Notes: a model not told the origin generated them from the letters alone. A stretch of DNA of 64,000 nt from a virus (IMGVR_UViG_3300042881_003883:83930-147929); one strand, 5' to 3'; counted from the stretch's first letter, positions 1 to 10,959 are shown. Made by a program: numbers and translations.

Positions 1-1
1 T

Positions 2-724
2 AACTATACAACTATTGCATCATCTATTGTATGTACTCAGCCACTTGGTTACAACTTCTTAGGGGGTAAGTTAACCGCAATGATGACTACGGTTCCGGAA
101 GTTAGGGAATTTTGGAAAAAGAAGTACGGACAAACTCTAATAGCAGTTGGTACAACTTCCCTTTATGGAATACATTCACAATACAATGGAATTCCTCACT
201 TTAAAACATTAGGTGAATCAGCTGGTAAAATTAGTTTAAAGCCGGATGATAAATTCTATGACCCTTGGCATCAATGGATTAAGGAAAATCGTGCAGAGTG
301 GTATCAAACTGCTATCACAAACGAACGAATCCGTAATGGGGCTAATATGGGTACTGGTGAAGGAGCTAGTGGACCTGTAAGTGGTATTAAACAAAAGATT
401 TTGGGACAGATATTCAAAGAATGTAACATTAAAGCAAATGAATATCATCATGGGTTTAAACGAGGTGTATATCTCGCTATGATTTATGAAAATGGACCTG
501 AGTTCCTACGTTCAGAAATTGAAGAATCTGAATTGGTAATGAAACCAAAGTTCGCTGAAGGATATGATTACATTAATAAGTGGTGGAAAAGACAGGCAAT
601 TAAGAGATATTCTAAGTTGCATGATGAAGGTAGATTAAAACCGGAACATTTATATTACATAGATGGTATTGGTGTAGAATGGGAAGATTTTAAGGCTCAG
701 AGATTGAGTGAAGTAGGTAGATAA
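2..724 (+). CDS. hypothetical protein, probably 5'-partial (the frame is open back to the window start; first in-window ATG is at 80)
   Basis: ORF 80..724; the same frame has no stop between positions 2 and 79, so the gene likely begins upstream of the window. No recognisable motifs. Confidence 0.45.
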   Translation, partial: NYTTIASSIVCTQPLGYNFLGGKLTAMMTTVPEVREFWKKKYGQTLIAVGTTSLYGIHSQYNGIPHFKTLGESAGKISLKPDDKFYDPWHQWIKENRAEWYQTAITNERIRNGANMGTGEGASGPVSGIKQKILGQIFKECNIKANEYHHGFKRGVYLAMIYENGPEFLRSEIEESELVMKPKFAEGYDYINKWWKRQAIKRYSKLHDEGRLKPEHLYYIDGIGVEWEDFKAQRLSEVGR

Positions 725-740
725 TAAATAAAAAAACAAA

Positions 741-1688
741 ATGGCATTTTTCGAACAAAGTATAGAAGAAAAAGTAGATAATTCATTGTGGGTTGAATCA
801 TATAGACCTACTCGATTAGATGATTATGTAGGTAACGAACACCTTAAAGCAAAGGTAGCGGGTTATTTAGAAACTGGTGATGTACCACATCTTTTATTGT
901 ATGGTAGAGCTGGTACGGGTAAAACTACATTAGCAAAATTGATTGTAAAATCAATTGAATGTGATTATATGATTATAAACGCATCATCTGAAAACAATGT
1001 GGAGACAGTTCGTAATAAAGTTACCAACTTTGCATCATCACAGGGTTTTAAGAAATGGAAGATTGTAATTTTGGATGAGTTTGATTATATGACTCAAAAT
1101 GCACAGGCAATTCTTCGTAACTTAATGGAAACGTTTAGTGGACATTGTAGATTCATTTTGACTTGTAATTATGTTGAGAAGGTAATTGACCCGATTCAAT
1201 CTCGTTGCCAAACTTTCCAAATTGTACCTCCAACTAAAAAAGATGTTGCAGTACAGGTTAGTAAAATCCTTAACAATGAAGGAGTAAAATTCGAAGTTAA
1301 AGATTTGGTACCAATTATTGATGCTGGGTATCCTGATATTCGTAAGATTATCAATACCTGTCAATTAAATTCAGTAAAAGGTGAGTTGAAAGTAGATACA
1401 AAAAATCTATTGGAAAACGATTACAAAATGAAAGTTTTGGATATTCTTAAATCAAAAGATGATAAGAGAAATAAGTATATGAATATGAGGCAAACAATTA
1501 TTGATAGTAGAGTTACTGACTTTACTGAATTGTTTACATTATTATATGATAAGGTAGATGAATACGCTCCATCTAACACAGCAAATGTTATTATTGCATT
1601 ATCACAAGGGCAAAGTAACCATTTCAATTCAATTGATAAGGAAATCCCAATGGCAGCGTGTTTAATTGAAATTTTAAATTTAGTATAA
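741..1688 (+). CDS. clamp-loader ATPase (RFC small subunit / T4 gp44-like AAA+)
   Basis: Walker A GRAGTGKTT, Walker B ILDEFD, sensor SRC motif (QSRCQTF); ~315 aa like RFC small subunits. Confidence 0.85.
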   Translation: MAFFEQSIEEKVDNSLWVESYRPTRLDDYVGNEHLKAKVAGYLETGDVPHLLLYGRAGTGKTTLAKLIVKSIECDYMIINASSENNVETVRNKVTNFASSQGFKKWKIVILDEFDYMTQNAQAILRNLMETFSGHCRFILTCNYVEKVIDPIQSRCQTFQIVPPTKKDVAVQVSKILNNEGVKFEVKDLVPIIDAGYPDIRKIINTCQLNSVKGELKVDTKNLLENDYKMKVLDILKSKDDKRNKYMNMRQTIIDSRVTDFTELFTLLYDKVDEYAPSNTANVIIALSQGQSNHFNSIDKEIPMAACLIEILNLV

Positions 1689-2002
1689 TGGCGAAAGTAT
1701 TAGGAATGAATAGTGGGAAACCACAAAAACCATCAGCTGAAGCGCAAGCTGGTGGACCAAAAATAGATATAGGTAAATCTAAACCAATCTTATGTGAAAA
1801 ATGTGGATACGATACATTTGTAACTGGTGGTAAGTTTAGAAAAATATCAAAGTTACTAACTGGAACACCACAAGATGTAGTTATCCCAATTGATATCTTT
1901 ATTTGTGGTAATTGTGGTGAAGTATGTGAGGAATTGATGCCACCTGAATTGAGAGTATTAGAACAATTAGATAAGCAAAATACAAACGAACAAACTAAGT
2001 AA
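1688..2002 (+). CDS. small zinc-ribbon protein (CxxC...CxxC)
   Basis: CEKCGYDTF...CGNCGEVC; start overlaps upstream stop by 1 nt (TAATG), suggesting co-translation with the clamp loader. Confidence 0.5.
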   Translation: MAKVLGMNSGKPQKPSAEAQAGGPKIDIGKSKPILCEKCGYDTFVTGGKFRKISKLLTGTPQDVVIPIDIFICGNCGEVCEELMPPELRVLEQLDKQNTNEQTK

Positions 2003-2451
2003 TGGCAGCTACCCTTTTTGACCATATTACACAAATAACCAATGTTCAAAACCCTAAGTATTGGGATACATTGGATGAGAGTGACCGTAAGACCTGGTCA
2101 AACTATATGGTACTCCGTTTTCTATCTATGAAATATGAGTGGGTAGAAACTATCGCTAGTGTTCAACCATATCTTCAGGAAGTACCACCTAAAGCAATGT
2201 ATTTGGCTTTAATTGATTTACTCCCAAAGGGTAGACATTTTATGAAATACATCAAACCAAAGGGTGCTGATAAGTATGAGGGATGGTTAATAGATTTGGT
2301 AGCTAAAAACTATGAAGTATCAAAGATAGAAGCAGAAGATTATCTAAAGATATTATATGCATCTCACACTGGTAAACAAAAAATTATTGAGTTGGCTGAA
2401 AACTATGGGACAGACCCAAAAGTGATAAAAAAACTAAAAATAAACGTATAA
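2002..2451 (+). CDS. hypothetical protein
   Basis: ORF with ATG start overlapping the upstream stop; no recognisable motifs. Confidence 0.5.
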   Translation: MAATLFDHITQITNVQNPKYWDTLDESDRKTWSNYMVLRFLSMKYEWVETIASVQPYLQEVPPKAMYLALIDLLPKGRHFMKYIKPKGADKYEGWLIDLVAKNYEVSKIEAEDYLKILYASHTGKQKIIELAENYGTDPKVIKKLKINV

Positions 2452-2463
2452 TAAATCAATTAA

Positions 2464-2497
2464 AGTTTGGAAAATCCAAACTTTTTTTGTATATTTG
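2464..2497 (+). promoter_or_regulatory. terminator hairpin (AGTTTGG-AAAAT-CCAAACT + T7) immediately followed by a TATATTTG -7 promoter box
   Basis: Perfect 7 bp stem, T-run, then TATATTTG at 2490-2497, 18 nt upstream of the ATG at 2516. Confidence 0.6.
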
Positions 2498-2515
2498 TAA
2501 TATAAAATTAAAGTT

Positions 2516-3382
2516 ATGGCAAAAGTAAGTTTTTCACAATTCTCAACATGGAGTTCATGTCCTCAACAATATAAGTTGAGATACATCGATAAGTTGGGTG
2601 AAAGTTCTGCCAATATTCATACACTCTTTGGAACCGCAATGCACGAAACAATCCAACATTTCCTTTCGGTTATGTATGGGGTTTCTAAAAAGCAAGCGGA
2701 ACTAATTGATACTGATAAGTTATTATTAGAATGGATGCGTAAAGAATATATCAAAGAAACTGAAAAACTTAGTTCGGGTGTAATATGTACCCAATTGGAG
2801 TTAGAAGAGTTCTATGGTGATGGTAGAAGAATCCTTGAGTGGTTCAAAAAGAAATTAGATAAGTTCTACACTAAAACTGGGTTTGAATTAGTTGGAATTG
2901 AAATTCCACTTAATGCACCTATTAAAGAAGGTGTATATCTTATTGGATTTATCGATATTGTAATGAGAGATTTATCAACTGGTGAAATTATCATCATTGA
3001 TTTAAAAACATCAACAATGGGATGGAATAAGTACCAAAAAGCTGATAAGTTAAAGAACGCTCAGATTATAATCTATAAAAAATATTATTCTGAATTATTT
3101 AATATTCCTTTGGATAAAATCAAAGTAGAGTATCAGATTATGAGAAGGAAAATGCCTGAAGAGGCTCCATTTCCAATTCCATATATGTCAAAACACATTC
3201 CTGCATCTGGAAAACCAACTGTAAATAAAGTATATGGTGAGTTTATGGAATTTGTGAATAGTGTATTTGATGATGAGGGTAAATTTAGAGATGTTCCATA
3301 TCCAAAAAACCCCGGAGAACGAAAAAAGAATTGTAAATTTTGTGAATTCGGCCAACGAGGTTTATGTGATGGGATTTCTTAA
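2516..3382 (+). CDS. PD-(D/E)XK nuclease, Cas4/RecB-like exonuclease with Fe-S cysteine cluster
   Basis: GFIDIVMRD...IIDLKTS (D-E-K core); one N-terminal Cys plus C-terminal CKFCEFGQRGLC triad, typical of Cas4/AddB-type nucleases. Confidence 0.75.
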   Translation: MAKVSFSQFSTWSSCPQQYKLRYIDKLGESSANIHTLFGTAMHETIQHFLSVMYGVSKKQAELIDTDKLLLEWMRKEYIKETEKLSSGVICTQLELEEFYGDGRRILEWFKKKLDKFYTKTGFELVGIEIPLNAPIKEGVYLIGFIDIVMRDLSTGEIIIIDLKTSTMGWNKYQKADKLKNAQIIIYKKYYSELFNIPLDKIKVEYQIMRRKMPEEAPFPIPYMSKHIPASGKPTVNKVYGEFMEFVNSVFDDEGKFRDVPYPKNPGERKKNCKFCEFGQRGLCDGIS

Positions 3383-3431
3383 CGAAAAATAAATATCCAT
3401 ATACTTATATATATAAATTAATATAAACAAT

Positions 3432-3629
3432 ATGGAAACCCAAACAAAATTAACAACTGTTAAGATTCTAAAGGGAGTATATTCGAATTTTAAAAGTGTA
3501 TCTTTTGAATCGGATGTTACCTTACAAAAATTAGTAAATAGAACTGTAGAGAGATATGTTACAGATGAAAAATTCAGAAACGAAATGAACGAATATCTGA
3601 AATTACAAATCTCTGGTTCTCAATTTTAA
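3432..3629 (+). CDS. hypothetical small protein
   Basis: 65 aa ORF in an otherwise non-coding gap. Confidence 0.4.
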   Translation: METQTKLTTVKILKGVYSNFKSVSFESDVTLQKLVNRTVERYVTDEKFRNEMNEYLKLQISGSQF

Positions 3630-3652
3630 AAAAAAAGTTATTTCAATAAGTT

Positions 3653-5044
3653 ATGAATAAAAAGAAAAAGATTTTATTGCTTTCTGATGATTTGCGAATG
3701 GCAAGTGGTATTGCCACTATGAGCAAAGCATTAGTAATGGGTACTGTTGACAAGTACGATTGGTTCCAAGTAGGAGCCGCAATTAATCACCCTGAGCAAG
3801 GTAAAGTATTGGATGTATCTGTTGATGTTGCCGCTCAAACTGGTGTAGCAGATGCTAGTGTTAAAATACTACCTTGGACTGGATATGGTGATGCTGGATT
3901 GGTTAGACAATTAATCAACGCTGAACAACCTGATGCTATATTACACTTTACCGACCCGAGATATTGGATTTGGTTATATGAGATGGAGCATGAGATTAGA
4001 CAAAATGTTCCAATTATGTTTTACGCTATTTGGGATGATTTACCAGACCCATTATATAATCGTAACTATTACGAAAGTTGTGATTGGATTGGATGCATTT
4101 CTCGTCAAACCTATGGTATCGTATCCCGTTTAACCGCATTAACGGACAAGCCAACTTGGAAACCTCATTCAGATTGGCAGGTATCCTATGTACCACATGG
4201 TATTAATTCAAAAGAATATTTCCCAACAGAAGTACCAGCCGAATTTCGTTCTGAGATATTAGGTGGTAAAGAATATGATTTTGTATTCTTTTGGTCAAAC
4301 CGAAATATTCGTAGAAAACAACCATCTGATGTTATTATGGCATTTAAACAATTTTGTGAGGAATTGGGTGAAGAAAAAGCATCTAAAGTTTGCTTAGTGA
4401 TGCACACACAACCTATCGATGAAAATGGTACCGATTTACCAACGGTTTATAGTACATTAGCACCAAATTGTAACGTTATATTTTCAGATAAACGTAGAAC
4501 TACAAATGAATTAAATTACCTATACAATATGGCTGATGTAACAATCAATATCGCTGGTAATGAGGGATTTGGATTAACAACCGCTGAATCTATAATGGCT
4601 GGTACCCCAATTATCGTAAACGTAACTGGTGGTTTGCAAGACCAATGTGGTTTTAGGTATAAAGATAGTGGAAAATTGGTTAATTCGGAAGATTATATCA
4701 AAATTGGTTCACTTCACAATTGGAGAGATTGGGAAGATAAATTAGAACCAGGACCTTGGGTTAGACCTGTATGGAGTAGAGCACAATCATTAACAGGTTC
4801 AGTTCCAACACCATATATTTGGGATGATAAAGTTGATATCTATGATGTTGCTAAAGCAATGATGGATATGTACAATACACCAAAAGAAACTCTTTTAGAG
4901 AATGGATTAAAGGGAAGAGAAGCTTTCATTGGTGAAATAGGATTAAGTTCAGAAAATATGTGTAAAACATTAGTTGATGGAATGGAAGGAACCTTTGAAA
5001 ATTGGAAACCTCGTAAATCATACGAACTATTTAAATTGAATTAA
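3653..5044 (+). CDS. glycosyltransferase, GT4-like (GT-B fold)
   Basis: C-terminal EX7E-type motif NEGFGLTTAESIMAGTPIIV. Confidence 0.7.
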   Translation: MNKKKKILLLSDDLRMASGIATMSKALVMGTVDKYDWFQVGAAINHPEQGKVLDVSVDVAAQTGVADASVKILPWTGYGDAGLVRQLINAEQPDAILHFTDPRYWIWLYEMEHEIRQNVPIMFYAIWDDLPDPLYNRNYYESCDWIGCISRQTYGIVSRLTALTDKPTWKPHSDWQVSYVPHGINSKEYFPTEVPAEFRSEILGGKEYDFVFFWSNRNIRRKQPSDVIMAFKQFCEELGEEKASKVCLVMHTQPIDENGTDLPTVYSTLAPNCNVIFSDKRRTTNELNYLYNMADVTINIAGNEGFGLTTAESIMAGTPIIVNVTGGLQDQCGFRYKDSGKLVNSEDYIKIGSLHNWRDWEDKLEPGPWVRPVWSRAQSLTGSVPTPYIWDDKVDIYDVAKAMMDMYNTPKETLLENGLKGREAFIGEIGLSSENMCKTLVDGMEGTFENWKPRKSYELFKLN

Positions 5045-5061
5045 GAAGAAAATAAAAAGTT

Positions 5062-6357
5062 ATGAATAAACCATTATTAGTATATCAAGCTCCAGTATTC
5101 ACTCGAAGTGGTTATGGTGACCATGCGAGAGATATCTTACGAAGCTTATTTGAAATGGATAAGTACGATGTTAAAGTTGTACCAACCAGATGGGGAAATA
5201 CTCCACAAAATCAAGTTGACCAAACAACTGAATTTGGTAAAAAGGTATTTGCAAATGTAATTACCGAATTGAACCGAAAGCCGGATATCTTTATGCAGAT
5301 GTCCGTTGCTAATGAATTTGAAGCAAAGGGTAATTTTAACATTGGTATTACTGCTGGTGTAGAAACTACTATTTTACCAAAGGAATTTATTGATGGTTCA
5401 AATAAAATGGATATGGTTATAGTACCATCTCAATTCACAAAGAATTTGATGTTAGGTACTGCATATCAAGAAAAAAATAATCAAACGGGGCAGATAGTAA
5501 ATGAGTTCAGAATTAGTAAACCAGTTGAAGTTTTGTTCGAAGGTGTAAATACTGAAATTTACTCAAACCCGGTCAACTCATTAACTGAGTTAGATAAATT
5601 AGAAACTGATTTTAATTTCTTATTTGTTGGGCATTGGTTAAAGGGAAATTTAGGGCAAGATAGGAAAGATGTAGGTATGGTTATTAAAACATTCGCTACA
5701 GTATTCAAATATCTACCTAAAGATAAAAGACCTGGTCTTATTATGAAAACCTCACATGCTGGATTTTCAGTAATGGATAGAGAAGCTACAAGAGATAAGA
5801 TTGATAATATATTAAAACCATTTGGTAAGGATGCACCTAAAGTATATCTTTTACATGGTGATTTAACTGATGATGAAATGGCATCATTATACCATCATCC
5901 AAAAGTTAAAGCAATGGTTTCATTTACTAAAGGTGAAGGATATGGTAGACCATTAGCTGAATTCACTATGACCGGTAAACCAATTGTTGTTTCTGGGTGG
6001 AGCGGACAAATGGATTTCTTACCAAAAGAACACACTATATTTTTAGAGGGTTCATTAACAAATATTGATGAATCCGCAGTTGATACATTTATATTAGCAA
6101 ATGCACAATGGTTTAGTGTAAACTACTCAGATGCGGCCAACAAATTATATAAGGTATTTAATGATTACGATGTACATTTAAAACAATCGGCTGGATTAAA
6201 ATCCAACACATTAAAGAATTTTACATTAGAAAAAATGCATGAAGTTTTTAAACAAATGATGGAAAGATATGAAAAGGGAATACCGCAGGTAAAACCATTC
6301 AACCTACCAAATTTAAACAAAAACAAAATGGAATTACCTAAACTAAATAAAGTATAA
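5062..6357 (+). CDS. glycosyltransferase, GT4-like (GT-B)
   Basis: TKGEGYGRPLAEFTMTGKPIVVS motif analogous to GT4 EX7E. Confidence 0.6.
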   Translation: MNKPLLVYQAPVFTRSGYGDHARDILRSLFEMDKYDVKVVPTRWGNTPQNQVDQTTEFGKKVFANVITELNRKPDIFMQMSVANEFEAKGNFNIGITAGVETTILPKEFIDGSNKMDMVIVPSQFTKNLMLGTAYQEKNNQTGQIVNEFRISKPVEVLFEGVNTEIYSNPVNSLTELDKLETDFNFLFVGHWLKGNLGQDRKDVGMVIKTFATVFKYLPKDKRPGLIMKTSHAGFSVMDREATRDKIDNILKPFGKDAPKVYLLHGDLTDDEMASLYHHPKVKAMVSFTKGEGYGRPLAEFTMTGKPIVVSGWSGQMDFLPKEHTIFLEGSLTNIDESAVDTFILANAQWFSVNYSDAANKLYKVFNDYDVHLKQSAGLKSNTLKNFTLEKMHEVFKQMMERYEKGIPQVKPFNLPNLNKNKMELPKLNKV

Positions 6358-6842
6358 TGGCAACTACTCCAAATCAGGCAATAAAGTATAAACCACTAAT
6401 ATTAGAAGAAAAACGTGTATCCCGTTCGGCTGTACAGCCGTATGGGGTATATCGTATATCTACTTACAAATATGCGGATGGTAATAAGGAATCCCTAAGT
6501 GGAGCCGATTCAACTATTATATTCGTAACGGGAATATATGAACAAAAGTTCTCAGCAATTAAATTATCATCAATTAAACCGGAAGATTTTTTCAAATGGT
6601 TTAAGAAATTGGAAGATAAAGCTAATAAAGTTTTAAATGAACAAAAAACTACAAATGTTGGATTATATGATATAGCAACTGTATATGATAGAGGTGGAGA
6701 ACGTATCTATAATAGTTACGTTAAAACTGGTATTGAATTAAAAAAGATTGAAAATCCATATCGTACATATAACAAAGATGGGATTCAATATATGAGTGAA
6801 GTATTTTTTAAGAAAAATGTATTAGAAGAATATTATGGTTAA
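6357..6842 (+). CDS. hypothetical protein (glycan locus)
   Basis: ORF tightly packed in operon; no recognisable motifs. Confidence 0.5.
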   Translation: MATTPNQAIKYKPLILEEKRVSRSAVQPYGVYRISTYKYADGNKESLSGADSTIIFVTGIYEQKFSAIKLSSIKPEDFFKWFKKLEDKANKVLNEQKTTNVGLYDIATVYDRGGERIYNSYVKTGIELKKIENPYRTYNKDGIQYMSEVFFKKNVLEEYYG

Positions 6843-7464
6843 TATAACATATGCAGTTACAGTTTGTAATGAAATTGAAGAGATTACAAAATTAATCAAT
6901 TTCATACATCCGAGAATTCAAAAAGAGGATGAGATTTTGATTCAATATGATTCAGATGGGGCTACTGAAGATGTGGTAAACTATCTAAGAATTATAGGTG
7001 AATTACATCAAAACATAAACATAATAAGTTTTCCACTTAATAAGGATTTTGCAAGTTTTAAAAACAACTTAAAGAATCATGCAAATGGTATCTTTATTTT
7101 CCAATTGGATGCAGATGAAATCCCATCGGAATTTTTGATTGAAAATATGCACGATTTAATCGAAGCTAACTTAGATATTGATTTATTCTTTGTACCAAGA
7201 GTTAATACCGTTGAAGGATTAACCGATGAACATATTAAAAAATGGGGATGGCAATTAAATCCAAATGGTTGGATTAACTGGCCTGATTTACAAACTAGAA
7301 TTTACCGAAGAACATCGGAGATTGAGTGGGATGGTAAAGTACATGAAAGAATCAAAGGTTATAATACATTAACTATCCTACCATTGCAAGAGGAATACGC
7401 TATCTATCACCCTAAAGGAATAGAAAGACAAGAAAAACAAAACGAATTGTACGATACTATATGA
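6835..7464 (+). CDS. glycosyltransferase family 2-like (GT-A)
   Basis: N-terminal YAVTVCNE (GT2 nucleotide-binding start) and DADE (DXD-like) motif. Confidence 0.6.
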   Translation: MVNITYAVTVCNEIEEITKLINFIHPRIQKEDEILIQYDSDGATEDVVNYLRIIGELHQNINIISFPLNKDFASFKNNLKNHANGIFIFQLDADEIPSEFLIENMHDLIEANLDIDLFFVPRVNTVEGLTDEHIKKWGWQLNPNGWINWPDLQTRIYRRTSEIEWDGKVHERIKGYNTLTILPLQEEYAIYHPKGIERQEKQNELYDTI

Positions 7465-8438
7465 GAATAGCATTTTTAACTGAAATGGGATTTAGTGGAA
7501 CTATCCCACCAACTCATAATAATATGAGAACTGAGTTTGCTTGGATGAACGCTCTTAATGCGGTTCACTATCCATTAGAAACTTATGATTCGGTTAAAAA
7601 CTATGATGTTGTATTTATCATATTTCCAAAAGGAAAAACCTATTTAAATTCTGAAGGTAGTACATTAGTAAATGGAGTAAATCCAGTATCTAAATATTTA
7701 CAACAACCAATAATACCAACTTTAAAAGAAAGTAATACTAAAGTATATTACATTCAAGAAGGACCACATTGGTGGTGGAATGATTATGAAGTTATAGACC
7801 AAATTCAGTTCTATAACTTTTTATCACTTACTGATGGTATATTTGCACACAATCTATCAGATTCTCAATATTATAGAGGATTATTCTGGAATAAAAAGGT
7901 AGAGATAATTCATTCACTTATGATAGAGGATTTCATCAAAGATATTCAACCTATTACTGAGGATAAAGTACTGATTGGTGGTAACTTCTCCCGATGGTAT
8001 GGTGGGTTTGAATCTTATATGGTAGCATCTGAATTTGGATTACCAATATGGGGACAAGAATCTCACTCAAAAAGAGTAAATGAAGGTGGTATTGGTAACC
8101 TATCCCACTTCCCAAGAATGAATTGGAACGATTGGATGGTAGAAGTATCTAAATTCAAATATGGTGTACATCTAATGCCAACGGTAGCAGCTGGTACATT
8201 CTCACTTAATTGTGCATATTTTGGGATACCTGTAATTGGTAATGAAAAGTTAGATACACAACGATTGCTACATCCAAACTTATCAGTAGATGTATCTGAT
8301 ATTGAATCAGCTATGTTAATGGTTGAGATGTTAAAAGACCCCATTTTCTACAAAAAGAAAAGTGAAGAAGCAAAAGATAATTACCAAACTTACTATACAA
8401 AAGAAGTTTGGTTAAAACAAATGATGAATAAAATATGA
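7461..8438 (+). CDS. hypothetical protein, possible glycosyltransferase
   Basis: Operonic (4 nt overlaps at both ends); weak GT-B C-terminal resemblance (GTFSLNCAYFGIPVIGNE). Confidence 0.5.
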   Translation: MRIAFLTEMGFSGTIPPTHNNMRTEFAWMNALNAVHYPLETYDSVKNYDVVFIIFPKGKTYLNSEGSTLVNGVNPVSKYLQQPIIPTLKESNTKVYYIQEGPHWWWNDYEVIDQIQFYNFLSLTDGIFAHNLSDSQYYRGLFWNKKVEIIHSLMIEDFIKDIQPITEDKVLIGGNFSRWYGGFESYMVASEFGLPIWGQESHSKRVNEGGIGNLSHFPRMNWNDWMVEVSKFKYGVHLMPTVAAGTFSLNCAYFGIPVIGNEKLDTQRLLHPNLSVDVSDIESAMLMVEMLKDPIFYKKKSEEAKDNYQTYYTKEVWLKQMMNKI

Positions 8439-9205
8439 TAACAGTTATATTAAATGGTTATAAGAGAGGCGAAAACCTCAACGAACAATTAGAAGCTCTA
8501 AGGAATCAAACGGTAAAGCCGGATGAGATTCTTTTATGGTATAATAATCCAGGTGATAACGATTTGTTGAATTATGATATTGGAACGGAAATTCCAGTTG
8601 CATATTGTAATTACAACTTTGGTGTATGGGCAAGATTCTACTTCGCAATGAACGCTAGAAATCCTTATGTTTGTGTATTTGATGATGATACAATCCCTGG
8701 CGAAAGATGGTTAGAAAATTGTATGGAAACTATGAAAACACATGAAGGTTTATTGGGTTCAGTTGGATTACTTTATCCAAACCCATTACCAGCGGAACAT
8801 TCATCTTATTACGAACACTACTTAAGATTCGGATGGCCGGAATTAGGTAACAATGAAAGAACTGTACAAGTTGATTTAGTTGGACATAGTTGGTTCTTTA
8901 AGAAAGAATGGTTATCTCATATGGTGAGAGAATTACCTGACCCAAAATACAATACCTGTGGTGAAGATATGCACTTTTCGTATATGTTACAAAAGTATGC
9001 AGGAATACCTACATTTGTACCGCCACATCCTAAAGATGATAAATCCCTATGGGGGAGTATCAAAGGAGCTGAATATGGTGGTGATGCTAACTCACTATGG
9101 GAATCAAACCAAGCTAGTGTAGAAGGTACACCATTTAAACAATTAATGAATCAATATTTTCACGAACAAAGAATTAAAGGTTGGAAATTAGTAAATGAAA
9201 AATAA
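8435..9205 (+). CDS. glycosyltransferase family 2-like
   Basis: ITVILNGYKRGENLNEQLEALRNQT...CVFDDDTIP (GT2 N-terminus plus DXD). Confidence 0.6.
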   Translation: MITVILNGYKRGENLNEQLEALRNQTVKPDEILLWYNNPGDNDLLNYDIGTEIPVAYCNYNFGVWARFYFAMNARNPYVCVFDDDTIPGERWLENCMETMKTHEGLLGSVGLLYPNPLPAEHSSYYEHYLRFGWPELGNNERTVQVDLVGHSWFFKKEWLSHMVRELPDPKYNTCGEDMHFSYMLQKYAGIPTFVPPHPKDDKSLWGSIKGAEYGGDANSLWESNQASVEGTPFKQLMNQYFHEQRIKGWKLVNEK

Positions 9206-10196
9206 TACAATATTACTCTGTTTTGGGACAAGACCCGAATGGTTAAAAATTAAACCATTGATTAAGATTATGGATAGAAGTGAATATAAACTTCTATTTA
9301 CAGGTCAACACCCTGATTTACTTCAAAATGTTAAAGTAGATTATAAAATTAATATAAACAATTCTGATAATAGATTGGATTCAATTATATCAGATTGTAT
9401 GTTACAATTCCCTAATGGGGAATTCAGTTCAGTATTAGTTCAAGGTGATACTGGTTCAGCATTTGGCTGTGCATTAGCAGCATTCAATAGACAGTTAAAG
9501 ATTTACTATTTGGAAGCTGGGTTAAGAAGTGGTGATTTACAACACCCATACCCTGAAGAGGGATATAGACAAATGATAGCAAGAATAGCAGATGTGAATC
9601 TTGCACCAACTCAATTATCGGCTAATAATCTAATAAAAGAAAAAGTACATGGTAAAATTCATGTAGTTGGAAACTCTGTATTGGATAATTTGGTAGATTT
9701 TGGTGACCCAACTTATGAAAACTTTGTACTGATTACTTTACATCGTAGAGAAAATCATTATTGGATGGATAAGTGGTTTACAGAACTTAATGATTTAGCA
9801 ATAGCTAATCCTGATTTGGAATTTATTTTACCAATTCATCCAAATCCAAATGTTCAAAAATGGAAACATCTATTAACCAGTGTTAATGTGGTTGAACCAA
9901 TGGAACATACTGATATGATTTTACATATTAAGAAATGTAGATTCATTATTTCGGATAGTGGTGGATTACAAGAAGAGGGCTCATTTTTTAATAAGCAAGT
10001 AATTGTATGTAGAACTACAACCGAAAGACCTGAAGGATTATATACAGGTCATTTACATTTATGTAAAAATCCAAATGATTTAAAAAAATTATTTGGAAAA
10101 GTTAATAATAATCCGTATATTAGTGAAAATTGTCCATATGGTGATGGTGATACTGCTATTAAAGTTTTAAATATATTAAGAGATGAAAAATTTTAG
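9195..10196 (+). CDS. wecB: UDP-N-acetylglucosamine 2-epimerase (non-hydrolysing, WecB/MnaA family)
   Basis: GDTGSAFGCALAAFNRQLKIYYLEAGLRS matches WecB GDTTT..ALAAF....HVEAGLRT; HPDLL... and HVVGN motifs. Confidence 0.8.
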   Translation: MKNNTILLCFGTRPEWLKIKPLIKIMDRSEYKLLFTGQHPDLLQNVKVDYKININNSDNRLDSIISDCMLQFPNGEFSSVLVQGDTGSAFGCALAAFNRQLKIYYLEAGLRSGDLQHPYPEEGYRQMIARIADVNLAPTQLSANNLIKEKVHGKIHVVGNSVLDNLVDFGDPTYENFVLITLHRRENHYWMDKWFTELNDLAIANPDLEFILPIHPNPNVQKWKHLLTSVNVVEPMEHTDMILHIKKCRFIISDSGGLQEEGSFFNKQVIVCRTTTERPEGLYTGHLHLCKNPNDLKKLFGKVNNNPYISENCPYGDGDTAIKVLNILRDEKF

Positions 10197-10959
10197 AGAA
10201 CACTTTTTTAAATTTAAATCCAAATTGGATAATAAAGAAAACTTCGCATTTTCACGTTATTCAGATGGTGAAATGTATATCTTACAAAATAAAGAATTAG
10301 TATTAGATAATGGGCTAATTCAGATTGGAAATGAAAAGCAAGGTGGTGTTTATCAGTCACCTGATTTCAAACACTTTGACCCAAAAGAACATTCATTTTA
10401 TCAACAGAAGTTAGTTGAATCACTTCAATACAAACAACACAATTATTACAAAGGAATTAGTTGTAGTTGTTGTGTAGGTAAGGAAGCATTTGATTGGCAG
10501 GTTGATTTAGCTGGTGGTGATGATGAATCACTAACTTGGGCTAATCTTTGGGTAAACGGAAACTATCCTATATTCATAACACATATTCTACCAATTTTTT
10601 ATAGTAGAGATTGTGTGTTTATTGGACATGAGGATGCTAACTTAAATAGATTACCATTTTTTGTGAAAGACTTTAGAGTGGGTTATAACGCAATGATTAA
10701 TGATTATGGAAAAATTGAAAATATTAAAGAGTGGATTAGAACAAATAATGTTAAAAACCACATATTCCTTTTTTCGGCTTCTACTTTTACCAATTTGGCA
10801 ATTGTGGAGTTGTTTAGAGATTACCCTGATAACACTTATGTTGATATTGGGACTTGTTTAACACCAATGATGGATATGCCAACTCATAGAGGGTATTTAC
10901 AATCATTTTGGAATTACCAAAACACACAAGATATTCAAAAGATTTGCATATGGAATTAG
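10183..10959 (+). CDS. hypothetical Cys-rich protein (glycan locus)
   Basis: ORF; CSCCVGKE cluster; no known family recognised. Confidence 0.5.
   Translation: MKNFREHFFKFKSKLDNKENFAFSRYSDGEMYILQNKELVLDNGLIQIGNEKQGGVYQSPDFKHFDPKEHSFYQQKLVESLQYKQHNYYKGISCSCCVGKEAFDWQVDLAGGDDESLTWANLWVNGNYPIFITHILPIFYSRDCVFIGHEDANLNRLPFFVKDFRVGYNAMINDYGKIENIKEWIRTNNVKNHIFLFSASTFTNLAIVELFRDYPDNTYVDIGTCLTPMMDMPTHRGYLQSFWNYQNTQDIQKICIWN

Noticed and set aside
236-451. Minus-strand ORFs throughout the track (e.g. 236..451, 1122..1364, 1624..2049, 21231..21683, 55813..56379, 61622..62155)
   Set aside because: All are nested antisense to strong + strand genes with recognisable domains. They are AT-rich, low-complexity translations typical of chance ORFs in AT-rich DNA. 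None has a plausible promoter box.
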